64,000 bases of DNA from the human T2T-CHM13v2.0 reference genome, Homo sapiens (GCF_009914755.1 NC_060929.1); one strand, 5' to 3'. Shown: positions 23,275 to 38,323, counted from the first letter of the stretch. Notes: generated from the letters alone by a model not told the origin. A program made the numbers and translations.

Positions 23275-24973
23275 TACCCTCTTCCCATCATTTCTCCAGC
23301 CCTTGCCTCCTCAAGTCCTCCTGACTGGGTTCCCTTGGCTCCCTGCTTCCCCCTCAGTCTGTTATGTGTGACTTCTGGGTAAAGGTTCTTAAAATACAAT
23401 TCAGATCCTATCCAGTCCCCTACTCAAAACTGTGCCCATGGGATCAAAACCAAACTCTGCAACATTCCATTCAGAGCTTTAAGAGTACTTTTCAGCCTGA
23501 GGTCTCCTCCTCACCACTAACACCCTTCCCTCCAATCAAACTGATCCATTGTACCTACAAAAAGCCCGTCCCACCTCCTAGCCTTTGTTCACACTGGGTT
23601 CTCTGCTGGATCACCATCCCTCCACATTTCCAGGTGTCCCTCAAGACTACTCAGCAGCAGCTATCCATACAAGTTCCTCAACCCTGGCTTTCTTGCCCTC
23701 AAGTAACCAGTTCATCCTCCCCAGTCATATAGCCCTCTATTTACATTTCTTTTCTGGAAGCTATCATTTTTCACGTGCCATTTGAGTGAGTGTCCTCGCT
23801 AAGACGATATTTTCTTTGAGGGCAGTAACCTTTCTTATATGTCTCTGTATCCCATGAACTTAGCAAAAAACAAGGGACAGAACAGGTGCAAAGTCTACGT
23901 GGTTAGTGAATTTAACAGATCTTCCTAACGTGTAAACGTCGTTGTCCAGGTGAATGGAAGAAGAGAGCTGAGATAGAGGGGACAGACAGAGTCAGTGTCC
24001 AGTGCTGACCTCTGAAATGGAAAAACATGGCCAGTCCTTAGGAGGCTGCAGAGGCCAAGACCCCAGTGAGGTTTGGGGGTTCCACAGCAGAGGAGGAGCT
24101 GTGGACCACAGCAGGACCCCGATGCCATCAGCAGGGGAGGAAGTAATCAGAGAGGTGGAGGAAGGAAGCCAAGGGAAGTCAAGTAAACACCAAATATTCC
24201 CTCCCGGTCCAATGCTGTGACCTGCATAAGCCACCACTCCCCCAGTCTAGACTCTACCCATGGAAGAAGGAAGAAGATAGAACTCTGGATTTGAATATAA
24301 TTCTAAAATAACCAAATTTATCTGAAAATGACTAGGCTGAGTTTTCTGCTTCAACCAGAAATGGAGCTTGGAGTCAGAAATTATGTGAAATTATAGAAGA
24401 GAAAGTCACCATCTTCCATCTCTGAGTCGTATGATCATTTTAGACATAAAATTGTGCACTTACGATGTACCAAGTGCTTAATATATGTGATCTCATTTCA
24501 CCAGGGAAACTGTATAATTCATTGCTTTAACTGACAAAATTCTGCAACTGAAGAAGGTGCTGTTAATAATTGCATTGGGACGCAGGCCTGAGCAGGCCAT
24601 GATTTGTGGCTGTCCTACATCTGACCCTCACAGTATCCATGGGAGAAGGCAGCATGTTTATGCCCCCTGACAGCTGGGGAAACCAACACTTAAAGTGATT
24701 AAGTCACAAGTCCAAAATAAATGACAGAGCTGCAGTTCAAGCCCAGGTGGTCATTTACCAAAGGCCATGCTCTTTTCACTTTGCATGGGACTGTGACCGC
24801 TGGCTCTACCCAGCTTCCCAGTGCGACCCTTCCCCGCCCACTGTTTCTCTTCTCTGGCCAACGGAAACACAATGAGACCACATATGTAACATTACATTTT
24901 TTCATAGCCACATTGAAAAGAAAAAGGAACCAGGTAAAATCCATTTTAATATGATATTTTATTTAACCCAATA

Positions 24974-25571
<598 letters not shown>

Positions 25572-25830
25572 TATATTCAAAATAGTATTCAAAATGTAAT
25601 CAATAGGAAATAGTCATTCATGAAATACTGCGTCTTCTTCTTCTCCCCCCCAACCCCACTTCTTTGTATTCAGTCTTCGAAGTCAGTGGGTATTTTAACC
25701 TTACAGCATATCTCAATTCAGATTACTCACACTCTAAGGACTCAATAGCCACGTATGGCTGGGGTCTGCCAGCCGGACAGCGAGGTCTAGCCCTGATCTG
25801 AGCAGGAGCCATTTGATTGGGTTGTTGGTA

Positions 25831-25849
25831 CACTGCCATCTGGTGGACA
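25831..25849 (-). promoter_or_regulatory. strong CTCF-like motif
   Basis: The minus strand reads TGTCCACCAGATGGCAGTG, close to the canonical CTCF matrix; motif only. Confidence 0.55.
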
Positions 25850-26236
25850 GATGTTCCTTGCTTGAAAAACCACCTCGAAGGAAAGTATCAGCATCAGGGA
25901 CAATAGCACAGTGGGCCTCAGGATCAGCTCCCCGGAAAGAGCTTGGGGTTGGAGGGGGTGTTGTTGCTGAGGATGTCCCCAGAGAAGATGTACAGCCATG
26001 GAGCAAACTCAAGTCACTTATGATGTCGGCAAACCTTGGCCGTGGTGCACTCTTGTTTCCTGGTTGCAAAAGGATTTAGCAGAAAATGGTAACTCTTTTT
26101 CAGAAGGCATATTTAAAGCAGCTCTTTAAAAAGCAGGAGTTTCTTTCACACCCAGTTTCGCCATGTGGTTGTGTGAAGGGCTTCTCCCCAGAAATCATGT
26201 GGTCTCTCTTTTAATTCACAGTAAAAACCTTTCTTC

Positions 26237-26589
26237 TGTCTTGGCCCATTATGGCTGCTATAACAAAATATCATAAGCTGGCCTTATATACCATAGAAAT
26301 GTATTTCTCACATTTCTGAAGGCTGGGAAATCCATGATTAAGAGTTGGTGTCTGGTGGGAGCCTGCTTTCTGGTTCACTGATGGCGTCTTCTTGCTGTGT
26401 CTTCACCGAGGGGTAGGGACAAGGCAGCTCTCTGCAGCCTCTTTTCTAAGGGCACTAGACCTATTTGCCATGGTTCCAGCCTCATGAACTAATCATTTCC
26501 CAAAGTCCCCACCTCCCAACACCATCATCTTCATGATTAGATTTCAATATATGAATTTGGGAGAGGACAGAAACATTGAGACCATAGCA
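26237..26589 (-). mobile_element. MaLR solo LTR (MST/MLT1A-like)
   Basis: 'tgtcttggcccattatggctgctataacaaaata...aacattgagaccatagca'; TSD tcttc/tctgc. Confidence 0.85.
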
Positions 26590-27681
26590 TCTGCCAAGTT
26601 GTGTCTTCCTCACTCAAATTGGGTAGGTGTGGTTATTCCAGAGTTTCAGTGAACCAAGACGTATTTTTCCAATGTGAATAATTAATTAAGAACACTTGAT
26701 TAGGGTCAATGTTATTCTGGACTTCTGAATCACTCCCACATTTGAAGGGGAGTTTTAAACACAACTTTGTGTGAATAAAATGATGTGTCTGCATCTCTCC
26801 AGGAAGCAGTGTTTGGAGCTGAGATGACTTGGCAGGGAGAAGAATCCACTGGGACATTCAATAACTTGGCATTGAGAGTGTTTTCAGCACCATGCTGTCC
26901 TCAGAATAGTGTTAGAATTTATATAAACACAGATGTGACTTGTGCCTTGAAGGAGAATACAGTCTTCCCAGGAGAGACATGCAAAACCATCATAGACAAA
27001 CAGCAAGAAAACAGCATCAAGGATGTACATGCACCGGGCAGAATGTAAACTGGATGTAAAACCAAGCATTTGAGGGCAATGAGAAAGGAACTTGGTTCTG
27101 GTCTCAACTCTGCCACCCACAGCTGCGTGACTATGTCTCTGTCACACTGCTTCTCAGGTCTTCAACTTTATCGTCTCATACTGAGCAAGAGACAGTCTGG
27201 ACAATTTATGCTTCTAGAATGGGGAGACAAGAAGAAAAGAAAGATAGATACCCAAGGACTTCAGTGACTGGCTCAGGAAGAATTACTCAGCAGTGAGGGG
27301 GCCAGCATGAGCCCAGGGGCAAGAAGCCGGGACTTGGAACAGGAAGGAAAGGTGCTCAGCTGGCTAACCTAGAGGAAAGTGATGGCTGGAGTGTCTGGTT
27401 TATCTGTTTCAGGGATGGTTAAAGATTGCCCCGTTAATAGGCAAAAATTGTTGCCTTAAAGAACCTAGAATCTAAAGGGGTCTTTGACATAATACAGAAT
27501 AACAGGTCCCAGAGATTATTTTACAGAATGTTAGTACCTCATGATATTAATAGATATATAACAAAACAGACTTCTTTGCCACAAGACTTCTCAGTACCTT
27601 TAACATTTTATGATTTTCCCAAAGGACAAAGAGTATGCAGCATTTCCCAGACTTAAATTTAACTGTGAACACCTGTTATCC

Positions 27682-27943
<262 letters not shown>

Positions 27944-29069
27944 TTAAAAACAAACAAAAACCTCACAGAACCCTCACTGCTCTAGTCCTGACTTTTTATA
28001 GATAGGGAAACTGAAAAGCTAAGAGGCAAGTCCAAATTTCACAAAGATAGTGGCAGAGCCAAGATTGGATTTTTGGTCTTTTGACTCTAATACCCAGTGA
28101 ATTTCTTTTTCTTTCTTGTTTTTTTTTTTCAATTCCTATTATACACTATTTAAGACACACAAACAGATAAAAAGACTAATACAAGATATCCATGCACCAC
28201 CACCTAGTGTAAGAAATAAAACATCACCAACACAATAAAACCCCCTTGTGTACCTCTCTCCATTTGTCTCCCCAAGGGAACCCATATCCTGAATTTGGAG
28301 ATATAATACATGAAAATTCTGGTGGAATTTCAAATAAGTCATATTGTCTTTAGAGGATCTTCTTAGCATCTCCCATGATGTCTAAGTTGTTTCAAAACAA
28401 AACCAAAAACCCCACTTGGCCCAGAAGAGCAAAGATTAAAAGCCAGCCTCGAGGATCCCCAGCTTGGCTACCTGCAGCTCACAGCACATTGGAAAAATTT
28501 TATGAATCGGTGAACTTTTTCATTCTCAAATGGGCTCTTCAGATGGTTTATTAATTCTGTTAGATGCGGGGGTGCGTCTGGCTTTATTCTGTGTGGAATT
28601 TTTGGATGAATTCACTGCCTCACCCCCTCCCCTCCACAGGCCAGATGGGGAGCCGGGTGCTGTATAAATGTTTAATTGTGGCTCAGTAAAAATATTTGCT
28701 TTCAGTAGCTGGAAGCTACCAAACGGAGGTAGCGCTGTCTACTAGAGTTGCCAGACTTCATTCTAATGAGAACAGAAATAAAGGCTGATTAAATCAAATT
28801 CCCCATAGTGTAGAACCACTTAAATAAATGTTTCATATTGTTTGCATGATGATTTTAAAATGTAACAGCTGCTTATGTAACCATTAGGCTAGACATAAAT
28901 CATTCATCGCCATCACTGCCGTCAAAGCAGCACTGGCTCTTTTTCTTCTGCTGCTGACATTTCCATTACTAGGGAGCTTCTCAGACATGCTCTTGGGTTC
29001 CCTGTCCTTACCCAAGTGCGGGGTAGCAGGAGACTGAGGGAGGGATGAGGAATGAAGAGCAGGCACGAA

Positions 29070-29260
29070 GCTGCCATTTATCGAAGGCCTACTTTGCACA
29101 TGTCCCATTGGGCTGGCATTGTCACATTTCATCCTTCCCACAAGGAGGCATTACTGTTCCCATTTTATAGATAGGGATGCTGAGGCCTATGGAAATGAAG
29201 TGAGCTGCCCCCAGAGTAGGGAATACAGCCTGTATGTGAACTCAGGTGTGTCTGAGCCTT
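29070..29260 (-). mobile_element. MIR
   Basis: 'cccattttatagatagggatgctgaggc...gaactcaggtgtgtctga'. Confidence 0.65.
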
Positions 29261-29439
29261 GGCAACTCACACAAGGCTGCCCGAGAACAAAGGGTGCATC
29301 CCACCCCGAGGCTCCACACACCTCAGGCCTTTTAGCAATGATGAGAGCAGTGAAGACCAGACCAAGACTCAGAAAACTGCAGAATCCTTTCGGCTGGGGC
29401 TAGGGGTGGGGCAGGGTAGATACTGATCCAAAGGATTTG

Positions 29440-30120
29440 GACTCCTTTTCCTAGTCCAAATCCCCATCGTCTCTCCCCTGTTCACTGTGTCAGCCTCCTG
29501 ACTCCCCTGCCTCCATTCTTGCCCATCTCAATCCATCATTCACCCAGTAGCCTGAGCGATCTTTTAAAAGTAGAAGTCAGATTATGTCATTCTCCTGCTC
29601 AAAAGCCTCCAATGGCATCCCACCACTCTTAGAATAAAGCCCAACCTCCCACCATGGCCCTCAAGGCCTTTTATGATATGGCCCCTGCCAACATTTGCTC
29701 ATTCGTTCCTACCCCACTCCTTTATCTGGGCGTCTTGGCTTCTTTCTGGTCTTCAGACACAATAAGCTCATGCCTACCTAAGGGCCTTTGCACATGCTGG
29801 AACCATCCTCCTCAGACCCTTCCCATGACTAGCTTCAACCTGTCATTCAGACCTCAGCTCCAAGTCACTTCCTCAGAAAGGCCCTCCCTGTACCCTGGAT
29901 TGAAAACAGCCCTCCCCTGCACACGCTCCACACCATAGCTCTGTTTCATTTACTTTACAGCACTGAACACTGTCTCTATTTCTTATTTGCTATTTTCCTA
30001 TCCCACTATAATGTAAGCTCCATGACAGATATCTGGGCGGTTCTCCACTGCTTCCCCAGCCCTAGAATGCTGACTGTAATGTAGTAAGTGTTCAATAACT
30101 ATTACTTAAATAAATGAATT
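29440..30120 (+). mobile_element. L2 3' fragment
   Basis: 'attatgtcattctcctgctcaaaagcctccaatggc...agggcctttgcacatgctg...aatgtaagctccatga...gtagtaagtgttcaataa'. Confidence 0.85.
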
Positions 30121-31076
30121 AACTTGTCTCATTCTTTTCCCCTGCATCCAAGTTGGGTGAACCCTGACCTGGCCCCTTGAAAGAGACAATTTGATTCTGA
30201 AAACCAATTCTTACCTCCAGGCTCAGGCCCCATGCAGGAGTCTTTCTCCAGGTGGCCTGGCCATGCAGGTGATGGCAGTCATGGGGGGAGGCAGAGAGCT
30301 GCTGGAGAAAAGCTAGGAGGCCCTTTGGGGTTCCCTGTATTCATAGGAAGGAGGATCCCTTGGATCCATGCCCCCAACTCTGCAAAGCTGAGTCTAAAGG
30401 ATACACAGAACACAAGACATCCTTCTGTTGCCACCAAAGCTTCTGACACCCCATTTTGGCTGGAGAGAGACTTGGGCACAGTTCTTGAATTGGCTGCAAC
30501 TCCACCCTCCCTCCTGCAAGTGCCTCTTCCTCTGCCACGGAAGCCTCTGTGCCATGAAGAAGACCACCAGACCTCTCCAGGTGAGGGCTCTGGGTGTCAG
30601 TCCCCTACGCCCTAGCAAGATCTGGAAGGCAGGAGCCACCTTCCTGCAGGCAGGCAAGGTCCTGGAAATATAAGGTTGTCTGTGGCCATTGACCATCCTA
30701 CTGCTTCCTGGTGACAGAAAATGTTGCATTGGTGGCAGCCATGGGGACAGCTTCCTGGTTCCTGAATTGCAGCACTGGTCCGTGGCATGCTCTAGGACTC
30801 AGGCATTTTCTCAGCAGCTTTTGAGGTAGTGGCCCCGGGCAGGTCAGTTTGGCAGTGTGCTGGGGATTATTCCTGGAGGCCCAGCCTGGTGGCCGCTTCT
30901 CCAGCCCTTCCAGTGATTTGGAAGCGGCTGGTTCCTTGCAGTAAGTCCCTTCTTCCTCGAACCACTGACTGATGCAGAGCTCCTCCATGGTAGGGACTGG
31001 TTCTCTTAGGCCCCTGTATCCTCAGGCCCAGCATGCTTGGGAAAATGTTTGCTAATGCTTTGTGACTCAAAAGGAA

Positions 31077-31077
<1 letters not shown>

Positions 31078-31122
<45 letters not shown>
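31078..31122. repeat. (CA)n microsatellite
   Basis: About 22 CA units with one interruption. Confidence 0.97.
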
Positions 31123-31123
<1 letters not shown>

Positions 31124-31289
31124 GTTTTTAATATTATCAGTCATATCAGCCCCCTGAGGCAGCTGCTCTGTTCCAGACAAACCCTGTTAATAACATTCTT
31201 ATCCTCTTTGTTTCATTTTCCAGCTCAATTTGGAAGCCTGACCTTGTCTTGCTTTGCCTCCTACTGAGAGTTAATACTGGGACATACTG

Positions 31290-31520
31290 AAGGGCGAAGG
31301 CTTGAGTCACAAAGTCACAGGGATAAATCCTAGATCCAGCAGTTACTGTCTACATGACACTAAGCAGATTAGTTGCCACTGGGACTCAGTTTTACCAGTC
31401 TGCAAAATGGAGCTATCAGCCGCATCTAGCACTAGGGGCGCTGTGAGCATGGAGGGCAGTCTGCACACAGAGGCTTAACACAGTGCCTGAGCTTGCAGGT
31501 GCTTGGTAAATGGCAATTGC
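31290..31520 (+). mobile_element. MIR
   Basis: 'ctcagttttaccagtctgcaaaatgg...cttaacacagtgcctg...gtgcttggtaaatg'. Confidence 0.6.
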
Positions 31521-31752
31521 TGTCAGCATTGTCTGATTTACCTGAAGGAACAGTTCACACTCCACCCAGATTTTCACTGCAGCAGCCAAGAAAGAACTTC
31601 TGGGAAAGCATCTGCTTCCACCCAACTCCCAAGAGGGGTTCGTAGAGGGTGGAGCTGAGAGCCCGCCTCCCCTACCAGCCTGCAGAAAGAAAGCCATGTT
31701 TTGGCCTCAGGGAGGAGAAACCCAGATAAAAACCACCCCATGTGCAGCCTTT

Positions 31753-31832
31753 GCGTGGCCACAGGACCAGCTCCACAGGGAGAGGGAAGAGGCGCGGCCG
31801 CAGGACCAGCTCCACAGGGAGAGGGAAGAGGC
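31753..31832. repeat. 39-bp tandem duplication
   Basis: gcg(t/c)ggcc(a/g)caggaccagctccacagggagagggaagag at 31753 and 31792. Confidence 0.95.
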
Positions 31833-33837
31833 CTCCTTTCAGGGGTGGGGAGCTGAGGGCAAGACAGACCTTTTCTGACTCAGCCCAAGGAGGGCTGGAG
31901 CAGGGGCTGCAGGTTCCCTGCTTTCTGCTACAACACAGGGTAGGGGAGAGTCATGGCCTCCCAGAGCCTCTGCAGGTTCACCTGCCAAATGGAAATAATA
32001 GCATCCTCCTCTGCAAGTCACAGCCTTAAAGAGGTGCTGAGAGTCACTAGTTAGACCCAAGCCAGCTGTTTCTGGTGCATTAGGACTATCGACCAGAACC
32101 CCTGCATTCCCAGCCCCTCCTGCGGCCTCCAACGACCAGGAGAGAAAGGCGTAAGGTGTAAGACTCTGGGCCAGGTTCTGGCAGCTTATGGCCACTCTTT
32201 TCTTGTGTCTGGACAGGAGCATTATAGCTACAACCATCTCATCTAATCCTCACTGCTGCCCTATGAGGCGGGCATTCTTATTTCCCCAGTTTTGAGATAG
32301 GCACAGAAAGGGGAAGCGACTTCCCAGGTTCACATTGCCAGTAAGTGGTAGGACTAGGCCCTGAAAAGCACAGCCTGCCATGGGGAAGAGAATTCATCCC
32401 CAGCTGAGAACCACTGCATCCTCACCCAGGGGTTCCCAGCCAATGCAAACAGGGACGTGACCAGTCTCCACTGGTCCCCTGTACCAGGTCTCCACCTTGC
32501 CGGCCTGCTGCTGGGCCCCAGGACTGCTCCCAGGCTGCACCTGTGGGGTCTGCCACCTCCTCCACTTCCTTTTGAGAAGCTGCTCCCACCCCTTCGCCTT
32601 CATCTCAAAGGAAAGTGTGCTGCCAGGCAGCTGGAGCCAGATGGCCCAGAGACAACTCTTCCCATCACACTTCCTGCAGCATCTGAGTCCAACCCCCAAC
32701 TCCAGAGCTGGCAAGCTGCCCAGAGCCTCCCAGAGGAGGCCTATGGGTTAACTTCACATTTAGTATTTTCAGCATATGGTAGAAAGAAAATAGTGTTGTT
32801 AGATGTACAAGTGTGATTTCCCCTTTCCAGAATGCCTTCCTCTCTCCTCCACGTGGTGAGCTCCTATTCATACTTCAAAACCATGCTCAACTATTCCCTG
32901 CCCACCTGTTTCCTTCCACTCCTCCCCTTCTAATGTGGGTGTGTCCCAGGGACAACATCTGTGTTCCTCAGTGAAGTTGAGAGAAGCCTAAATTTGCTCT
33001 ACATAAGAAAAAAGAATAAGGAGGTAAACTGGAAATGGGAGGAGGCTGGGAAACGCAGGGTTGGTGGAAGGACTTGTGGGGATGTCGTGGCAGCCACCTG
33101 AGGGTAAGGAACGTGACAGCCAGAGCAGCTATGCTTAAGGGGCTTTGCCACAGTGCGAAAGATAGGATACAAGGTCCTCTTCAGTCTCTCCATGAAAACC
33201 ACAGTCAAAGTACACATTACTCACCCATGCTTTGGAGCTAGATTTGGGCTTAATGCTGTCTTTTTTTTTTTTTTATTAAAACAATATTCCAGGCTGATGG
33301 AATTTAACAACAAGGAACATAATATCTGACACAAACATAGCCTAAGCCTTGATATTTATCATCTTATATAGCAAGAGATCAGGGTGTTGAGAACTTTAGA
33401 GCAGCTCCGTTATGTCCAGGCTCTGGGCGGTTTCTGGGATTCTGTCTGCTGTCCCATCAGTACTCACGGGGTGGCTGTGTCTGCTACAGACATCATAGCC
33501 TCACGAAACCACCTACACTAAAGCCAATAGGAAGAAAGGTGTGTGTCACCTTCACCTTCCCACCCTTTATGGGGGAGGAAAATATTTGCCAAGTGACCCA
33601 CCTTTCCCTTCTCAATGCCCCTTTGATCAAAGCCTGGTTCTATGTCCCTGCCCAGCTGCGGGTGGTGCTAGGAAAGAAGGTATCTGGGGTTTGACAGTCT
33701 GCTGTGAGGGCTAAATAAAAAGGGCGTGAGAGGTCTGCCCTCTGCTTGTACTCCTCTGCTGAGGGAGAACTTGCTGCTTCTGGATACCACCCTTTCCCAT
33801 CGTATGATAGCCTGAAGTGTTCAGAACTTTTCCCATT

Positions 33838-33945
33838 AAATCACTTGAACCCGGGAGGCAGAGGTTGCGGTGAGCCGAGATCGCGCCACTGCACTGCAGC
33901 CTGGGCAACAGACTGAGACTCTGTCTCAAAAAACAACAAACAAAA
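33838..33945 (+). mobile_element. 5'-truncated Alu (right-arm end)
   Basis: 'aatcacttgaacccgggaggcagaggttgcggtgagccgagatcgcgccactgcac' with an A-rich tail. Confidence 0.9.
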
Positions 33946-34289
33946 TTGACTTTCTCCCACTGAGCCCAAGGTGCTTTCCTGGTAACTTCTCTTTGACCCA
34001 GTCCTGCCTCCTGCATCTTCCTTCAGCAACCCTGTTCTCCACATCAGCCACCAGAGGGAACATCTTAAAACACAGGGCTAGACTGGGCATGCCGTTGTCT
34101 CTGCTAAACCCCTCACTGAGTCCCCAGTGTCTACAGGATAAAATCCAAGCTTCACGGCATTGGAGGCTCACCACAGTCCTACTTCAGCCTAGTCTCTCTT
34201 CCTTATTCTTCCCCTACATATATATGTATATATATATATATTCTCATACTGTAGGTGAAGCAACTGAAATGCTTTTTATTCCCCTGACA

Positions 34290-34627
34290 CTTTTTGTTTT
34301 TCAAATTCTTGTTGTACAAATTTATGGGGGACATCTGCAGTTTTGTCACATGCATAGATTTTGTAGTAGTGAAGTCAGGGCTTTTAGGGTATCCGTCCCC
34401 ACAATGACGTATATTGTACCCATCAACTAATTTCTCATCATCCACTCCTCCCCCACACCCTCACCCTTCCAAGCCTCCATTGTCTATTATCCCACTCTCT
34501 ACATCCATGTATACAGGTTATTTATCTCCCATTTATGGGTGGGAACATGTGATATTTGACTTTCTTCACCTGGCTTGTTTCACTTAAGATAATGAATTCC
34601 AGTTTCATTCCAGTTGCTGCAAAAGAC
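34290..34627 (-). mobile_element. L1 3' end (L1MA/L1PB-type)
   Basis: 'gcagttttgtcacatgcataga...tagtgaagtcagggcttttaggg...gtttcacttaagataatg...gttgctgcaaaagac'. Confidence 0.85.
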
Positions 34628-37600
34628 GCCTCACAGAATTTTAAATGCTTATATATATACATACACCCCCTTTGTATTTGCCTACACAAAACTAACAAAC
34701 CTTTGTGAAATGTAACCTACAGGAAATATGATCATGTCTAATGCTGGACATGAAGCAGATGCAATACACAAATCCATGAGGTAGACCCAGGTATTTCAGA
34801 TCCTGACCTTGATCTCAGGTTTACTTATTAGACCACAGACCAAAGACTCCCACTGATGTCCCCACAGATTTCACCACTTATTCCTCTTGTCCCACACACT
34901 CTACTCCAAAGTCACCCTCCTCTAGAGGATAGTCACCTGAGATACTTCAGCGACCCTGCTCACCTTGGAAAATCAGGTGACAGGAATCATCAGTTAAGCC
35001 TGTGGACAGTAAGCATCTGTTGGTCTGGATGGTGTGGTGGGCGGAAGGTAGGACCCAATAGGGGCTTTTCATGGTTCCAGCCCCAAACCTCTGACCATGC
35101 CAGTGCATGCTGAAGGCCCCCATTCCATTTATGGTCGGGGCCACATGATTTACATTTACTGTCTCAGGTTCTTCTTGTAACACTGTCTTCTCCAATTTTT
35201 GATAAGCCAATGCCCCTGACACTTCTATGTTTTGTTCAAATTGTTCTACTTGCCCAGCATTCTCTTCCACCTTCTCCAGCTGTCAAACTCCTACACACCC
35301 TTCAAAGCCCAGCTCATGGGTCCTCTCCCTGACAATGATTCCAGCTGAAGGAGATGACATTGCTACTTCCTTGGCTCCTATCATACCCGGTATGGCTAGT
35401 GTAGCACTTAACATTGCTTGGTGCTTGGTGACATTCCCAAACGTTCATCTGTCCTCAAGGATGGGAACGTCCTCATTTCCCATCATTTAGGAAGTGCTTG
35501 CTAAACCAAAGACTCAGCCCCTCATCAGGAACCAGTGAAGGACAGAGCTGGGAAAGAGTTGTCATGGGCATGGGGACTATGTGAGGTCATACGCAGTTCC
35601 TGGGTCACAGAGGTGACCCACGAATGGTAGCTGCAGCGTTGATTGTTGCCCCTACTATTACTGTGTTATTACTGATCTCAGCCCTTCTCTTAAGTGACCC
35701 CTTCACTAGTCTCATAGATGAGCGGCCAGCCTGCCTCCTGGATCCCAGAATTTGCTCACTGTCCACGACTTCCTGTCATGGCTGGGAACATTCAGGCAGG
35801 ATCTGGTCCCACTCGTAGGAGGGGAAGACAAAGAGTGCCATCCCTCCAGGCCCTCCCCTCCTGCAGGACAGATCATCCTGCCTCACTCCATCTGCAGATG
35901 CTGGCAAAGCACATTCCAGCCCTCGCCTCTGAGGCAGAGAAACAGATTCCAATTAAGGGACTTGCGGAAAGTGGCTTCATTTTACAAGCAATTGGGTTGT
36001 GAATTGAAGCGGGCATTAAAGTTTACAAGCTAGGCTGGCGGAGGAGCCAGAAGGCCTTGCTGCCACTGCCTGTCAGGAGACATCTTCTCCAGTTACTCAA
36101 CAATTGTGTGGAGTGAGTGAGGAGTCGGCACGAATCCTGCCCTCCATGGCTGATGGTGGAAGAAATGTCCATTCATTCGTCTTCTTAAAACCAAGGATCA
36201 GGCTGCTGGAGGGCACAGGATCATCTCTCTCCTGATAGGCTTTCCCCTTCTCTAGCCTTATGTGAGAATCTGGGGGATTTTAGGTGGTGGTGAGAAAATG
36301 GGGAAAGAAATCACATTCGTTGACCTCTGCTTACAGCTGGGATCCCCACGCAGCTGAGAAATTTCCAGGAAATTACCTGGGTTCAATGGAGGAACTTAAC
36401 ACTTCAAGCTGTCACCTGGTGGGAAAGGGTGGTGGCAAGAAGTAACAAGATCTCCCAAATGGATCCAACCAGAGAGAAGGCCTCCTCATTTCCTTCTCAG
36501 CCAAGCCCACGGGGGCCCTGGAAGACAGAGGTTGCCGGGGCATCCAGGGTCTACACGGGCTGAGCTCCCCAGACCTGGTGCAAGGGGGCCAGGCATTCCC
36601 GCCAAGGCTCTGCCACCTACCCAGCAGGACCCATGAGCTCAGCACCTTTCTGGACTTGAGGAGATGGGTCTGGTTTTGGCCTTTTCCCTCCAGACTTCCT
36701 TCTGTCTCTGCCTCTCCACTGACACCTGCCTCTGCTGTCCCCCAGGACATTCCACTCTCTTCTCTAAGGCTCAGGCCTGAGGGGTTGCTGGTGGGCAGAT
36801 TCCATCTCATGGTTGAGCTGTTTGGCCTCAATGGCATTTTATCTCTCTCTCTCTCTGTGTCTCTCTCTTTCTCTTTTTTTTTTTTTCACATTGAGCCATC
36901 TTCTTACAGCTGAGGTTTTCATATAAAAAAGCAAGTTGCTGGTTTCTCTTTAAAAGTAGGGCAATCTGGCAGTTCTGGGCTTGTGTAAAAACAATTCGGT
37001 AGAGCTAAAAACAGGGGCTTCTGATAAAGCCTGAGCTCCCAGCAGCCAAAGGACTTATCACCCCACAAAAAAATCCCTTCCTGCACTCATTTATATCAAC
37101 CCCTGCCCCTGCAGACACGTATTGTAGGTTTTAACTAGAAACAAGAGGATTAGCTTTATTTAAACAGCAAAACTGCTTAAATGAGATAATATATGTATTG
37201 GGAATGGTGCCTGGCACCTAACCTAATCCTTAGTTAATTAATATTTATTGAGCAAATCATCTTGATTAGTAAAAAGACAGGCCAGCTGGACACAATAAGA
37301 ATGCTAGCTCAGAGCTGGCACTTGAGGGTTCGGTAGAATATTCATGGCTTGGAGGTGGGGGCTATGATACGAGCCCATATAATCAGAGAAGTTCAGATGG
37401 GAAATGAGAACCACTTGGTAGCCTAAATTCAGAGAAACTAAAGCCAGCCTAACGCTCTGAAGCTGGCAAGTGTTCATTTTTGGAAATCAGAAAGTGATGA
37501 TGTGTTATCCCAAGAGACTCCTGGGACAAGATGCAGTGAGCAGCCATTCACAAAGACTACCTTGAACCGGGCTCTTTCCCTACATTTTGTTATTATATCC

Positions 37601-37960
37601 TCGCTACAACCTTCTGAGGTGGAAATTAATATCCCCATTTTACAGATGCGTAAACTGTCTAGTGAGGGTGACAGATAGTATTGACATGACCAGAAGAATA
37701 AATATAAATGAGATAAATTCTCTCTGAAGGAAAGGAATAGGGATTTACGATGGTGTAAAACAAAGGAAGTGGGGCCTGGTCTAAGCGATCAGGGAATGTC
37801 TCTTTAAAGAAGTGACATTTAAGCTGAGGTCTAAAGGATTAGATGAGTGTTAAATAGGAGGAGACTGGGCAGGAGGGAAATCTTCTCCATGGCTCTCAAT
37901 CCAGACACACAATTTGAACCACCTGAGGTTCACAAACACAAAGAAAGTATCGTGACCTGA

Positions 37961-38323
<363 letters not shown>

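Noticed and set aside
31425-31445. CTCF-like 'gcactaggggcgctg'
   Set aside because: One base short in the core (AGGGGCGC instead of AGGGGGCGC).
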